Assembly (NCBI RefSeq): GCF_036321535.1
Contig: NC_087437.1
Span: 24,678,001 to 24,742,000, forward strand
From: Camelus dromedarius
Taxonomy: Eukaryota
Direction: 5' to 3'
Length of the DNA: 64,000 nucleotides
Part shown: positions 38,510-51,020 of the stretch, piece after piece
Layout: every line of letters starts with the position of its first letter
Numbering within the stretch: the first letter of the stretch is position 1
The notes under the pieces: model-generated
Told to the model about the DNA's origin: nothing
Databases searched by the model: none
The model's input: the letters and a program-made list of their open reading frames with translations, nothing else
Made by a program: the position numbers and the translations under genes

Positions 38510-39977
38510 ATCTGGAATTGTTTCTTCAGTGACTGCTTGGTAAATTTATTCATAAAATTACTTGGGCCTGTAGTTTCCCTTGTGGGAAATATATTTTTAC
38601 ACTTGATTTTCAATTTCTTTAAAGGATTATTTGCGTTTTTCATTTCTTCTTGAGTCAAATTTGGTTAAAAGTACAGTTTTCTATGAACTTATAAATTTGT
38701 TGACAACATCTCCTTTTTATCTGTTTCATGTCTGTTGCATCTGCAGTGATTTCTCCTATTCATTCATAATATTCTCTGTCTCTCCTTTTCTCCCTCCCTC
38801 TTTTACCTCCTCCATGTTTCTCTCCCTTCTCAGTTAATCTTACCTAGGATTTGTCTTTTCAAACATACAACTTTAGCTTTGTTTGTCTTTTCTATTTTCT
38901 ATTTTGAAAACATTTTATTCATTTTTGCTTTAATTTTCATTTCCTTCCTCCACATTTCTTTGATTTTATTTTTTGATAATTTTTCTAACTACTTTGGATA
39001 GATGTCTAATATACTTAGTTTACTGATTTTCAACATTTTATATGCATTTCCTGCTAATAATAATATTTTACACGTTGCTTTCGGTTCATTCTGTAAGCTT
39101 TGCTATCTAGCATTTGTTATTTACACAGTTCAAAATATTTTCTAATTTCTTTTGTGCTATTTCTTTGACCCACAAGATCCTTAGAATATATTGTTTCATT
39201 TCTGAAAATATGGGACATTTTCTAGTTACCAGTTTCTGAATGATTTCTGACATAAATGCATTATGGTTAGGGAACATACTTTGTAATGTTCAGATCTATT
39301 TAAAAAATATTGTGAAATATGAATCACATAAAAAGTGCATAAAACAGCTATATAGCTTTATAAATTATTATAATGTGACTGTTCATGTTACTACCATCCA
39401 AAGTGAGCCATAAAACAATGCCAAAACCCCATAAATTACCTTGTGCCCCTTTCCAATTTTCTCTGTGACTCTAGTCCTTTAATATTTGTTGACATGTACT
39501 TTATGGTACAATATACAGTCAATTTTCTAAATCTTCCACGTGTACTTGGAAAAAATATATATTCTACAGTTGCAAGGTATAATGTCCATGGGTCAGTTTT
39601 GTTCTTATATTTTAAAATTTCTGTAGCCTGACTTATTTTTTCTGTTCATTTTATTATCGACTAAGAGAGAGGTATATCACAATCTCCCACTATAACTGTG
39701 CATTTGTCCCTCGTTTTAGTGCTATCAATATTTGCCTTTTTTTGAGGCTATATAATTAGATGCATACAGGTTTAGAAGCATTATTATTTCCTTCTGGAAG
39801 TTTTCACTAAATACCTCTTGTCTTTTATGTTCCCTTCTAATTTTCCATGTTTTTATCTCTGTTTGTTGCTCTCTGGACATTTTCTCTTGACCAACCTCCC
39901 AGTTTTCTACTTTTTTACTATTTTACTGCTGTGCCTGGTTTGCTGCCAACCATGACCACTGAGCATATTTTTAAACT

Positions 39978-40487
39978 TCTTTTTTTTTAACTTTTTTATT
40001 GATTTATAATCATTTTACAATGTTGTGTCGAATTCCAGTGTAGAGCACAATTTTTCAGTTATACATGAACATATATATATATTCATTGTCACATTTTTTT
40101 CTCTGTGAGCTATAAGATCTTGTATATATTTCCCTGTGCTATACAGTAAAATCTTGTTTATGTATTCTACAATTTTGAAATCCCGTCTATCCCTTCCCAC
40201 CCTCCACCCCCTTGGCAACCACAAGTTTGTATTCCATGTCTATGACTCTATTTCTGTTTTGTATTTATACTTTGTTTTTTTGTTTTTGTTTTTTAGATTC
40301 CACATATGAGTGATCTCATGTGGTATTTTTCTTTCTGTCTCTGGCTTGCTTCACTCTGAATGACATTCTGCAGGAGCATCCATATTGCTGCAAATGGCAT
40401 TATGTTGTCGGTTTTTATGGCTGAATAGTATTCCATTGTATAAATATACCACATCTTCTTTATCTAGTCATCCATTGATGGACATCT
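39978..40487 (-). mobile_element. Young camelid-type L1 3' end (distinct 3'UTR subfamily)
   Basis: tttttattgatttataatcattttacaatgttgtgtcgaattccagtgtagagcac...ttagattccacatatgagtgatc...gttgtcggtttttatggctgaatagtattccattg. Confidence 0.9.
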
Positions 40488-41139
40488 AGATTTTACTTTT
40501 TACACTTTTATAGTATCAAATTTTTATAATTATTTTGTATGTTATGTTTTTACTTATTGTATTTTATTGTAACTTTTATTTCTTCAAACTATATTTGATT
40601 GTTTTTCAAACTTGCTTTGTCACTTTTTCTAGCTTCCTGTACTCTGCAGATATCTGGGGGCTTGTATATTTCTTCACGTGTAGTAAGCGCGGTCATGTTG
40701 TAATCTACTTATGATGACATCAATATGCAAAGTCTTTTTTTCTTCTGTTCTTACTCATATTTTTTTTTCCTTTGCCACATGTGTTTGGTTATCTTCAACT
40801 CTCATTGCTCTTGAAAAACCATTTTTGAGAATCCCCAAAGCTTAGGGTCTAGATACCATTTTTTCTGAAATAATTTGCTTATATGTACTCCAGTGGATAG
40901 GAACAATCTAAAATCACTCTAAATTGGTTTTGGCACTTAAAGTAACAGATCTGCACAAAAACCAGGATAACATTGTAGGGTAGTAGATTTCTTAACCACT
41001 AAGTGCACCCTTAAAAAATAATTTTGATAAATGAAATGATGATTGGGTTTTAAGGTAAGCAGAATTTCTCCCCAACAGGGAAGGCTTCATTCCCCAGCAG
41101 GCAGAATAAAAACAAGTAAAATTTTTTATAATAGAAGTA

Positions 41140-41335
41140 GTAATAATAATAGTAGTCCTAGATGTTGAGCACTTACTCTATGGCAGGTACTGTTAAAAAT
41201 AATATGGAATATATTATTTAATCTTTAACCTATTTACTCCTCATTCTGCTATTAAAGGAACAGGCAGCATGAGGTCACACAACTTGCCTAAGGCACAAGT
41301 GGCTAATAAATAGAGCTGAAATTCATACTCTGGTT
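41140..41335 (-). mobile_element. MIR
   Basis: ttgagcacttactctatggcaggtactgt...gaggtcacacaacttgcctaaggcaca...agagctgaaattca. Confidence 0.75.
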
Positions 41336-42124
41336 CCTCAAGAACATATGGGCAGAGGAAAAAAAGGTCTGTAGTATCATCTTTGGCATTTTTCCAAAAA
41401 GTACATTAGCATGTTAGTGTAGAAACAGTGGTTGGCAAAGGAAATACCTAAGCTCTACCTTGCCTCCCTGGCTTACTTAGACAGTTAACTCATTTTATCC
41501 AGTCTTGAATAAATTCTCATGGTGCACTAAACTATTTTTATGGGTGAAAGGTCATAAAATACCTTTGAATACTTCTGGATTAAAAAAAAAGTGAGATACT
41601 CTTTTTCCATTTGATTAATGTTGCTGCTGCCTGAAGTATTACTGATGGCATCTGAAATGGATACAAGTGCCATTCTTATATTTTCTTAAAGAAGAAATAA
41701 GAAAAGAGCAATTGAGAAAGAAAAACATAATTACTTACCTTTTGTCAGCTTGTAAGTGAAGACTTTAAATAGCTGGTTATCAGTTTTGATGGCAGGGCAT
41801 AAGGACAAATAAACAAGTCAACCTAAAAATATAAAAAATCAGGAAAGATAGATGATTTGTTAAGAAACACCGGCATTTGGTGAATCATAGTCTCTCTCTT
41901 CCTCTCTTTGGAGGGCAATAATACAGTTGTTTTGAAATTCTGAAAAAGGTTGCATTTACTTGTATTGCTAACACTTCAACACAACTTTTAATATGCAAAA
42001 TCAGCTGCAGAATTACTGGGCCTTTGTGCTTGGAAACTCAACCCCACTTTGCTCTGCTATGTGTCATAACATCTTATAAATTTTTTATTGTTGCTTACTT
42101 GGATATTTTGTGAAACTGCATTCG

Positions 42125-42670
42125 GAATTAACTTTCTAAATTGTAAATCTGACCACAGAACTCTCTTGCTTGAAATCCTTTAGCAACTTTTCTTTGCCAT
42201 AAAATATAAGACAGAAATGCTGCAGCTAGTATAAAGCGTCTTTCATTTTTAGCCTCTGGCTAACTCTCCAGTCTCACTTTTAACTCCCTCCTTACTGCCT
42301 CTGCCCTTAGCTATGCCAAATTATTTGCTGTTCCTCAAATGGGCCATGCTGTGCCTTACACATGCTTTTCTGTCTGTCTGTAATGCCCCCCCCCCCTTTT
42401 TTTCTTCAGATTTCCAGGTACCTTTCTTCCTTTACAACTAGGTTTCCCTATCACTACCTCTTTGGAACTCTTAGGCTCATCCCAACAGAAAGCTATATTC
42501 TCAGTTAGTTAAGCCTCCTGGGACCTCACTCTGGCTTCTACATCAGTGCTTCCTCACTGCATTATAATTATTTATATGCCTAATGCTATTTTTCTGGTAG
42601 GCCTTAAGCCTGGCACAAAAGAAAAAGCAAAAGCAAAGTATATTTTGTTGAATAAAAAAGTGCATGGATG
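42125..42670 (+). mobile_element. L2 3' region
   Basis: aaatctgaccacagaactctcttgcttgaaatcctt...ttgctgttcctcaaatgggccatgct...gcctggcaca...ttttgttgaata. Confidence 0.75.
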
Positions 42671-43414
42671 AGACCTAATTCACAAAGTTATTGTAAAACA
42701 AAGTGAAATAATGGCTAGGATACCTTTGTAAGCTATCAGACACTATAAAATTGCTATTTATATGTTCATCTACCTTCTACCCAACTTCTCAGCATGTGAG
42801 CCAGGTCAGACCACACCTTAAAGACATTTTGAGGAGGGTTGAAAATTATGCCTTTTTTGTGATTAAGCTTGCAAGATGTGCAAAGACTATGTACATAATT
42901 AGGGACTTAAAGAACACTCTCTGATATCAGAAAGCCTGTTACCTATATTGTGAGATAAGACATAAAAAAACCCCAAAATCTTTGAATAACAAATGATGCA
43001 GGATTGCCTGTGAATGAGTGGACCTTTGGTTCTGTAGGAGTTACTGAGTGTGGCGTGGGAAGGCCATTATGAAGAAGCTGATTTTGAAGTTTGTTTTAGC
43101 GGAGATTGAGATGTGGAGTCACGACCTTTTAATTGAGGATGAGGGGTACGCCGAATCTAAGGAGGGAGCTGCTGTGCTCTTTTCCACTAAATATGATATA
43201 TTGTGAGGGCAACGTTTTCTTTGAGATCTTCTCTTTCATGGATTTCCCTGGCATTGACCACATGAAAAAATTCTGTACATTTATCAAGGTCTAGTTCAGA
43301 TGTTACTAAAGACACCCAGTAGAAGTATTCCTTCCTTTTTCCCTTCTGAATTTCCAAGAGAGTATCACTTAGGACCAGGGTCAACTTTATATAACAGAAC
43401 CTCCTTGTTCCCTT

Positions 43415-43823
43415 CTTAATAGCTTAGGCAATAGAGATGCTTGTTTTTTTATGACTCCACAGTCATCAAAGACTCAGGCTCATTTTATTTTTCTGCACCT
43501 TCCTAGCTTCCATTCTGGATTTTCTCATCATCCAAGGTGGCTGCTGAAGCTCTAACCATCTTGTTCAAGTTCCAGGCAGCAGGAAACAGGAAGGAAAGAA
43601 ATACACCCTTATAAAGAGCATGCCAAGGAATCCAACTCAATGTTGGCTTTCATTACATGAAGCAGAGCACCCCATGGCCATATCAGCTGCAAATGAAGTT
43701 AGTGACAAAGCCATACCTAGCTACAAGGGTGCCTAAGAACACTGTGGGTCAGAAGACTGGGCTCTGGTGTTAATGGGAAGGGGAACATGGATATTGTACG
43801 GGTGGCTCTCAGTCTCTGCCACA
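43415..43823 (-). mobile_element. Old MLT1 (I/J-like) LTR
   Basis: gtcatcaaagactcaggctc...caaggtggctgctgaagctctaaccatc...ttccaggcagcaggaa...ggatattg...agtctctgccaca. Confidence 0.7.
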
Positions 43824-44573
43824 AGCACATTCTTTTCATGTTCCTTGAGACATTGATCATTATTTTCGTTTCATGCCAGTTATTTGGGACAATACTTATT
43901 TCCTCCCACCAGACTCTAATTATTTTGAGGGCAAGGGCTGTAGCTTTTAAATAGTTAAAGGGAATTAGTTAACTCTGTGAAGACAGAGAATTGGATGGGT
44001 TCAGAGAGTGTGTGCAGTGGGAGATAAGAAAGGCAACGTAGATTAGGATTGAATTATAAAAGTAAGGACCGAAGAAAGATACTATTGTTAAAAGTTATAA
44101 GCATTTACCTCAATTTTTACTAAGGATAATTAAAGAAATCAAACTGACCTCTCAATTTACTTTGAAATTTGTGTCAAGGCAGTGACAACTAGCAGTCTCA
44201 TTTTTTCCCCCAAGAGGAATAAATGGCTATGATATTGAACTGTCCAAAGTGAAAATGTGAAATAAGAAAAGTTAACTATGCAAAATCTGGTTATCAGAAA
44301 GTCTTCAGAAAGAAATGACCCTTCCACAAGGAAAGGAAAGCCTTCAAAGAGATACAATGGAGAACAAAGAAGACAACAGACATTTGCACATTTGACATTT
44401 TCTACAAAACTTCTCTTCTTTGGGATCTGCTAGAATATGCAAGATTCTGCTGGGATTTTGATTTGCTTCATTAAATATTTGTTTTTTTATATCAAAGTTC
44501 TCACTCTAAAAATTCTCTTAAGAACTTTTTAGAGTTTTATCCACTATGGACAAAGTCATCTATTTTCATAAAT

Positions 44574-44792
44574 CAGTAGTCTTCAGGTTTTTAAAATCAT
44601 GGACCCCATGGGTAAAACATTTTTTCCCCTCATTTAATGATATTTTACTTATTTATAAATTCATGGTGAAATTTATTGGGTGTGTTATTAAATATACTCC
44701 AATATAGAAATTGAACAAAGAACAATATAAAATATATACCATTGAAATACCATTATTTTCTTCTTGCCCCCAAATGGATCATTTGCACACCT
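44574..44792. mobile_element. Possible hAT-Charlie-derived MITE fragment
   Basis: Starts cagtagtcttcagg...ggacccc; ends ttgcccccaaatggatcatttgcacacc. Subfamily not assigned. Confidence 0.4.
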
Positions 44793-44898
44793 TTACATAC
44801 CAGGAAACAAACCTTATTCACCTCCCCTGCCCACCTCTCTTGACCTCTCACCTCCTTTCCTTTCTCCGCAGAGAGTTGGGAGGACTACTGAGGTTAAG

Positions 44899-45369
44899 CA
44901 GTGGTTTTCAAACTTTTTGGATTCAGGATCCCTTTACACTTAAAAACAAATGAGAACCCTAAAAGCGTTTTGTTTATGTGGGTACTACCTATAAATATTT
45001 CTCATATTAGAAATTAATACATTAAAGCATTTTGCATGAATTCATTTTGAAATGATGTTAATAAATCATTATGTATTGAAAGAAATCACATCTGTAAGAA
45101 AACATCTATATTATCCAAAATTAAAAAAAAACAGTGAGAAGAGTCGTTGCCTAGCACTTTTGTGATTTCTTTAATCTATGTCAAACTGAAGAATGAGGCT
45201 TACATATCTGCTTCTGCTTTCAGTCTGCGGGATATTTTGTTTAGGTTGAAGAATATCTAAAAAATCTGGCTTCACATGGATATATCATTGGAAAAAGGAG
45301 GACTTCTTGGACCCCTTGAAAGAAAACTAGGGACCACCAGGGGTTCTTGGACCGCACTGAAAGTTGTTG
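44899..45369 (-). mobile_element. Charlie1-family internally deleted hAT transposon
   Basis: cagtggttttcaaactttttggattcaggatccctttacact...ttttgtttatgtgggt at one end and ggaccccttgaaag...ggaccgcact at the other; degenerate 8-bp TSD aggttaag/agatgaag. Confidence 0.8.
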
Positions 45370-45806
45370 AGATGAAGTAGTGTATAACTACAAAGTGTTA
45401 AAAACCAGCAAAGGAAACCAAATAGGATCCTTTTCATTGCAAAGGGAAACACAACATTTGGTTAAATAAGCACATAATTATTTGTTTTGAAGACTTAACT
45501 CCATCAGTTCATAGAGCATGTTGTGTTAGACCAGGATCCAGAAAGCAAGTCTTGCTTACACAGTTCTGAGAAAGAAGAGTTCTGTCCAATACCATCCAGA
45601 AAAGCTGTTAAACATCTACTGTATGCTTCATTTCAGAAAAGAAGATGTCTTTGCTTAAAAGTCATTTCATATACAAAGGAGATAATGAATTCAAAGAGTT
45701 TAATCTCTCCCCTCCCTCTTCTCACAGCCTCTCTGGGTAAGGCTCTTCAGAAAGAAAAATAATTTTTTGAGGAAAGGATTTCCTGATTATTAAAAACATA
45801 TGTAAA

Positions 45807-45827
45807 TACACACACACACACACACAC
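45807..45827. repeat. (CA)n microsatellite
   Basis: Directly visible. Confidence 0.9.
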
Positions 45828-46217
45828 CCAAAAATGTCTTAAGAAAAATACATTTTGTATTTAACTGACCTGGTGGTCTGTTTAAGGAAGACAGGCAGGT
45901 TGGGGCCTGCTGTCACATTTAATTATGATTCAGTGTCATTTATGCAGTTGAAGGAGGCTCAGTGTGGCATAAAACAGAGCCTGGCAGAGGACACAAATTT
46001 TCATGAATCCCTTGGAATAGTCCCAGGGCTCTTGGATACGGATGCTAACCTGCTAATTCTGTGTCCTGGCCATCACCCTTTTGAAAGGACATGTGCTCTG
46101 CTTAGATATGTCAAGTTACATTCTATGCAGTATGGATGAGACAGTGCAGGAATCGTCCTCCCCTTCCCTTTAACTGGTTCCTGCCTTTCTTTATGAAGTC
46201 ACACCAATGTCACACAT

Positions 46218-46854
46218 TGTTTACTAGTCTCCTACTGCTGCTACGTCAAACTACAAGGTCGTCATTTAGTGGCTTAAACATTCAAATGTATTATTTTATA
46301 ACTCCATAAGATCAGCAGTCTGACACTATCACAGTGTCAGTGGGGCAGTCTTCCTCTGTGGAGATTCAACTTCCTTACCTTTTCCAGCTTCTGGAAGCCA
46401 CTTGCATCGCTTGGCTCATGCTCCCTTCCTTCATCTTCAAAATCAGCAACGTAGCATCGCTCTGAGCTTTCTGCTGTCATCATGTCTTTTTTGGGACCTC
46501 AACTGGGAAAGGTTTTCTGCTCTTAAAGGCTCATGTGATTAGACTGCGCTCACTCAAATAATCCTGGATAATCCCTCCATCTCAACGTCTGAACCCTTAA
46601 TTACATCTGCAAAGTCCCTTTTCCACGTAAGGTAACATCCTCACAGGTTCCAGGGACCAGGGCTTGGACATCTTTTTTTTTCACATTTTTTTTAAGTGGG
46701 AGAGGTAATTAGGTTTGTTTGTTTATTTATTTTTTAACAGAGATACTGGGGATTGAACCCAGGACCTCGTGCATGTTAAACACACGCTCTACCACTGAGC
46801 TATACCCTCCCCCGGGCTCGGGCATCTTTGAGGGCTATTATTCTGCTGACCACA
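46218..46854 (-). mobile_element. MLT1D-like solo LTR (ERVL-MaLR) interrupted by a SINE
   Basis: ggataatccctccatctcaa...ccttaattacatctgcaaagtcccttttccacgtaaggtaacatcctcacaggttcc...catctttgagggctattattctgctgaccaca. Confidence 0.9.
46676..46813 (-). mobile_element. Vic-1-type tRNA-derived SINE
   Basis: tactggggattgaacccaggacctcgtgcatgttaaacacacgctctaccactgagctataccctccccc; 16-bp TSD gggct(t/c)gg(a/g)catcttt at 46660-46675 and 46814-46829. Confidence 0.93.
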
Positions 46855-47514
46855 CTCCATACTCAAATCAATCTCATTGGTTTTAACTTTGCTAATCTCC
46901 ATTTTTAAATCATCAAAGTAAAGAAAGCTGAAAGCTAAATTAATGGAAAAACAATAGTGATGCCACCAACTGTAGGCTGGAGAACACATATTTAAAAAAT
47001 CTATTATCCCACATACATGAGGTTAAAACAATAGGGTTGCATAATCAATTGTGTTTATTAGATAGTCAGTTTTACTGTAAGAAAGACAAATATCTGCACT
47101 TCACAGTCAGCTCATGTACCATTTGATTCACTGGTTGCTATGGAGATCACCCATTTTAAGTAAATATTAGGCAGCATATGGATCTGCATAAGATGATGTG
47201 ATGTGAATGGGCATGCGTTCTAAGGTCTATTCCTTATTCCTTAAAAATGTGTCTTTTCCTTTTATTGATTTTTTAGCTGAAGTCTTACCTCATTTTCTTC
47301 TGCCTTGTAGAACTTTTCAGTTGTTAGACTGACATATACATTTTATTCACACATTAAAATGGCTCCAAGAAAAGGGAAACTCCATCTCCTGCTTTTGTTC
47401 AAATTGTTGAAATCAATATGAAGACATCATTCTTAGACAGATGTTAGGTAGGTTCCCTTAAGTTAATTAACATTAATTAGAGACTGCATTCAACCTGAAA
47501 AATATGTATTATTT

Positions 47515-48012
47515 CACATTTATTGAGGTTTAATTGACAAATACAGTTGTAATATATTACATGACATGTACAACATGATGATGATTTGACATACACATAC
47601 ATTGTGAAATGATTACCACAGTCAAGTTACTTAACACATATACACCTCACATGGTTACCTTTTCTTTTTTAATGAGAACGGTGAAAATCTACTCTCTTAG
47701 CAGATTTTAAGTATTCAGTACAATATTATTAACTATGAGCCCCAAGCTGTACATTAGATCCTCAGAACTTACTTATAAATGAAAGTTTGTACCCTTTGAC
47801 TAATTTTCCCTCATTTTCCCTGTCTCCATACTCCTGGTAACTCCTACTCGATCCTCTGTTTCTATGAGTTTGCCTTACTTTTTTCCCCCTTTGGATTCCA
47901 CATGTAAGTGATACCATGTAGTCTTTGTCTTTGTCTGGCTAATTTCACACAGCACAATGCCTTCAGGGTTCATCCAATTGTTGTAGATGGGCAGGATCTC
48001 CTTCTTTTTCAA
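47515..48012 (-). mobile_element. L1MA9/10-like 3' end
   Basis: ttattgaggtttaattgacaaata...cattgtgaaatgattaccacagtcaag...aaaatctactctcttagc...gctgtacattagatcctcagaactta. Confidence 0.88.
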
Positions 48013-48339
48013 ATGTATTGTAAATACTACATACTTAATTTAATAGCTCTAAGCATTATACGTAGCTCATAAGTTAAAAAATACAGTATAAATTTTCTGG
48101 GTGTATCAGAGGTAAACTGTGCATAAATTATAAAGCCATCATTATTTTATAGGTATATTACAGTAATTTGTTGTTCATGCAGAAATCTCATGGTCGTTGT
48201 CATATACAACGAGGAGTGTGAGTAACAGCAGTTTACCTAGATCCTCTGAGTAGTATTTTATTTATTGAATAAAAATGCCACTCACATGTCCGTGAAGGGC
48301 AAGGATAAGCAGAACCTCATCTGGTGTACAGGACTTGAC

Positions 48340-48570
48340 TCTTGCCAGACTCTGTTTCTCTATCTGTTGTGACTTCTTTTCTCTGTGTCAGCTCAGATCT
48401 CTTGTCCCGCAGACTGGTTTTCTCTTCTAGGATATATGGTAACCGGGCATCCTTGAGTCTTGCCACCTCTGACACACACCTATCCCAAAGGACTGATCCT
48501 CTTAGTTGTAATTCAGAAAAATCACAGGGAAAGAATTTGATTGGCTTAGCTTAGGTCAGGTTCTCTTTTA
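48340..48570 (-). mobile_element. Old MLT1 (J/K-like) LTR fragment
   Basis: aaaaatcacagggaaagaatttgattggcttagcttaggtcagg resembles the MLT1J/K motif. Confidence 0.55.
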
Positions 48571-50315
48571 ATTAAGAAACAAACACAGGTTAAAAAATCT
48601 GGAGAGAAGCTAATGAGGAAAGAAGCTTCAGGGAGAAGTGATTGAGTTGTTTTGAACCTGTTGCTTTTGGAGGTCATCTGATAGTATTCGATAAGAGGGT
48701 GGAAGATAGCTAACTAGATAGCTAGTTAATAGATAGTTAGCGCTCAGGATTATTGGAAGTGGTGATGACTGGATACCGGAAGATAGCTCAGAGAGTGCAG
48801 GACTATTATGATGAGCAAGACTCCTTTCAGAGCCCTAGAAAGCAGATTAATAAAGGAAGCTTTTGGGAAGAATTCTCTTCCCATATATGTCTGCATAATT
48901 GTGAAGATCAGCATATACAGAAAAATGCATGAAACATAAATGAACAAGTGAAAAACAACTCCCTTAATGTCATCATCATTCAAGTACAAAATTGAACTTT
49001 TGATCATTCAGAAGCTCCTTCTATGTCCCTTCTTGATCATACACCCTACAAGAAGTAACCATCGTTTTGACTTTCATTTTAAACACTGCACTGAATCTTT
49101 TTTTTTTAAGTTCCCAGTTTTATACATGGGAGTCTGGCTGATGATAGCAGAGTAGGAAGATCCCGTGATCGCCTCGCCCCACGAACACACCGGAACTACA
49201 ACTGCGTGTAGAGTAACTACCCCTAAGAACAGCTGTAAGGCTAGCAGAACAGATTTTCTACAACTGAGGATATAAATAAAAGGCCACATCAGGATGAGTA
49301 AGAGGGGCAGAGACGCAGTTTATTCAGAACCCACACTCCAGGTTCTGTGACCCCTAAACAGGAGAGATACTACAACCCCTGAAGGGCATGTTGGGCTCCC
49401 CAGCCCAGGGGACTTGCACCTGGAAGATGAGCACCCACAATGTCTGGCTTTGAGAACCAGTGGGGCTTATATCCAGGAGAGCTAGAGGGCTGTTGGAAAC
49501 TGGGTCTCTCCTCTTGAAGGGCTTGCACACAAACTCACTCACTCTGGGTCCCAGTGCAGAGGCAACAGCTTGAAAACTACCTGGGTCATATGAGAAGAGT
49601 CATTGACAAATTATAGGGTGTGTGCCTGATGGGTAGGAATCTGATGAAAATTTATCTAAGGATGTAAGCCATTTTATTCCAACTCTTTTTTCACCTAGCT
49701 GGCCCAGCATTGTCAGGCGCCGTTTCTGTCACCCTCCATCAACCTAGCTAACACAGTGTGCCCCACCTCCGTGTTCCCCTAAAGACCTGCTCTGCCTAAC
49801 CCACTCATCTCAGTTGCCCCTTTCAAAGCAGCTCCCATCCCACCCCACCTGGCAGGTGGCCCTGGTCAGCACCAGTACCCATCTAAAGCATCTTCCTCAC
49901 AGCCTTACCTAGCAGGTGGCCCTGGTTGGGCACTGGTGCCCCGCCAAAGTAGCTCCTGTTCCTGGGGGCCAATTCAGCAAACCAGTGCACTCAGCAAACA
50001 TGGCCAGGCCTTGCAGCCAGTAGTGCTGGGAGCCAACCCCACACCTCAGTGCACCTGCAGTGATCACGCCAGACTTCTAAGCAAGCTGGGCTAGGGGCCA
50101 GCTGCACCCATTACCATGCTCAGAGAAACTAAGGCCCAGCCACAACAGGAGGGCACACACAACCCACACAGGGGATGCTCCTGGGACACATGGTTATGGT
50201 GACCAGGGGCAGTAGCATCATTAGACTCCACCTTCTATATAAGGCCACTCTTCAAGACTGGGAGACAAAGCTGATATATCTAATACACAGAAACAAACAC
50301 AGAATGTTAGGCAAA

Positions 50316-50586
50316 ATGGGGAGACAAAGGAATACCTTCGAAACAAAAAGGACAAAACTTCAGATAAAGAGCTAAATGAAATGGAGATAAGCAGTTTACC
50401 AGATAAAGAGTTCAAGGTAATGATTGTAAAGATGCTCACTGAACTCAAGAGAAAAATGGATGAACTCAGTGAGAACTTAAAGATAGAAAACAAAACAAAC
50501 AAACAAAAAAACCAATCAGAACTAGAGAATATATAATGGACATGAGAAACACACTAGAGGGAATGAACAGCAGATTAGAGGATGCG
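50316..50586 (+). pseudogene. L1 ORF1p N-terminal/coiled-coil remnant (frameshifted)
   Basis: MGRQRNTFETK/(frameshift)KDKTSDKELNEMEISSLPDKEFKVMIVKMLTELKRKMDELSENLKIEN...DMRNTLEGMNSRLEDA, typical of mammalian L1 ORF1p. Confidence 0.88.
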
Positions 50587-50624
50587 TAAGTTTGCTTTCT
50601 ATGGCTGTAAGTCTGTTTCTTTAA

Positions 50625-51020
50625 CATCCGTCTATGATAAAAACTGTCAACAGACAAGGTATAGAGGGAACATACCTCAATGTAATAAAGGCCGTATATG
50701 ACAGACCCACAGCTAATATCACACTTAATGGTGAAAAGCTGAAAGCTTTTCTTTTAAGATCAGGAACAAGACAAGGATGACCACTATTACCACTTTTAAT
50801 CAACTTAATATTAAAAGTTCTAGCCACAGTAACTAGACATGGAAAAGAGATAAAAGGCATTCGAGTTGGAAAGCAGGAAGCAAAACTATTGCTGTTTACA
50901 GATGACATGATGCTATATACGGAAAACCCTGAAGACTCCACCAAAAACTATTAGAACTAATAAATAAATACACAAAGTTGCAGGAAAGAAAATCAACTTA
51001 CAGAAATTGGTTGCATTTCT
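50625..51020 (+). pseudogene. L1 ORF2p reverse transcriptase remnant
   Basis: [57 protein letters not shown]...KLLLFTDDMMLY. The RQGCP motif carries a stop (50778-50780) and FADD is mutated to FTDD (50895-50906). Confidence 0.93.

Larger units (their letters stand above)
36110..40940 (-). mobile_element. Long degenerate ancient L1 (ORF2 region and upstream) with nested elements
   Basis: Continuous antisense L1 ORF2-type sequence, e.g. ttgcattttcatataaattttagaatg, agtcttccaatccctgaacat, tcaaagggaaagatttcaaagcttcacca, ctctacatctattgag. No intact reading frame. Confidence 0.82.
49128..51020 (+). mobile_element. L1 with 5'UTR, partial ORF1 and partial ORF2; internally deleted and 3'-truncated
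   Basis: 5'UTR start gatagcagagtaggaagatcccgtgatcgcctcgccccacgaacacacc; ORF1-like sequence from ATG 50316; RT-like sequence 50625-51020; no 3'UTR or poly(A). Confidence 0.92.

Noticed and set aside
50221..50944. Minus-strand ORFs of 93, 63 and 107 aa
   Set aside because: They are antisense shadows of the L1 ORF1/ORF2 remnants.
50625..51020. Active or domesticated reverse transcriptase, or a retron-like system
   Set aside because: Ordinary L1 ORF2 fragment with an in-frame stop in the RQGCP motif, a downstream frameshift and no endonuclease domain.
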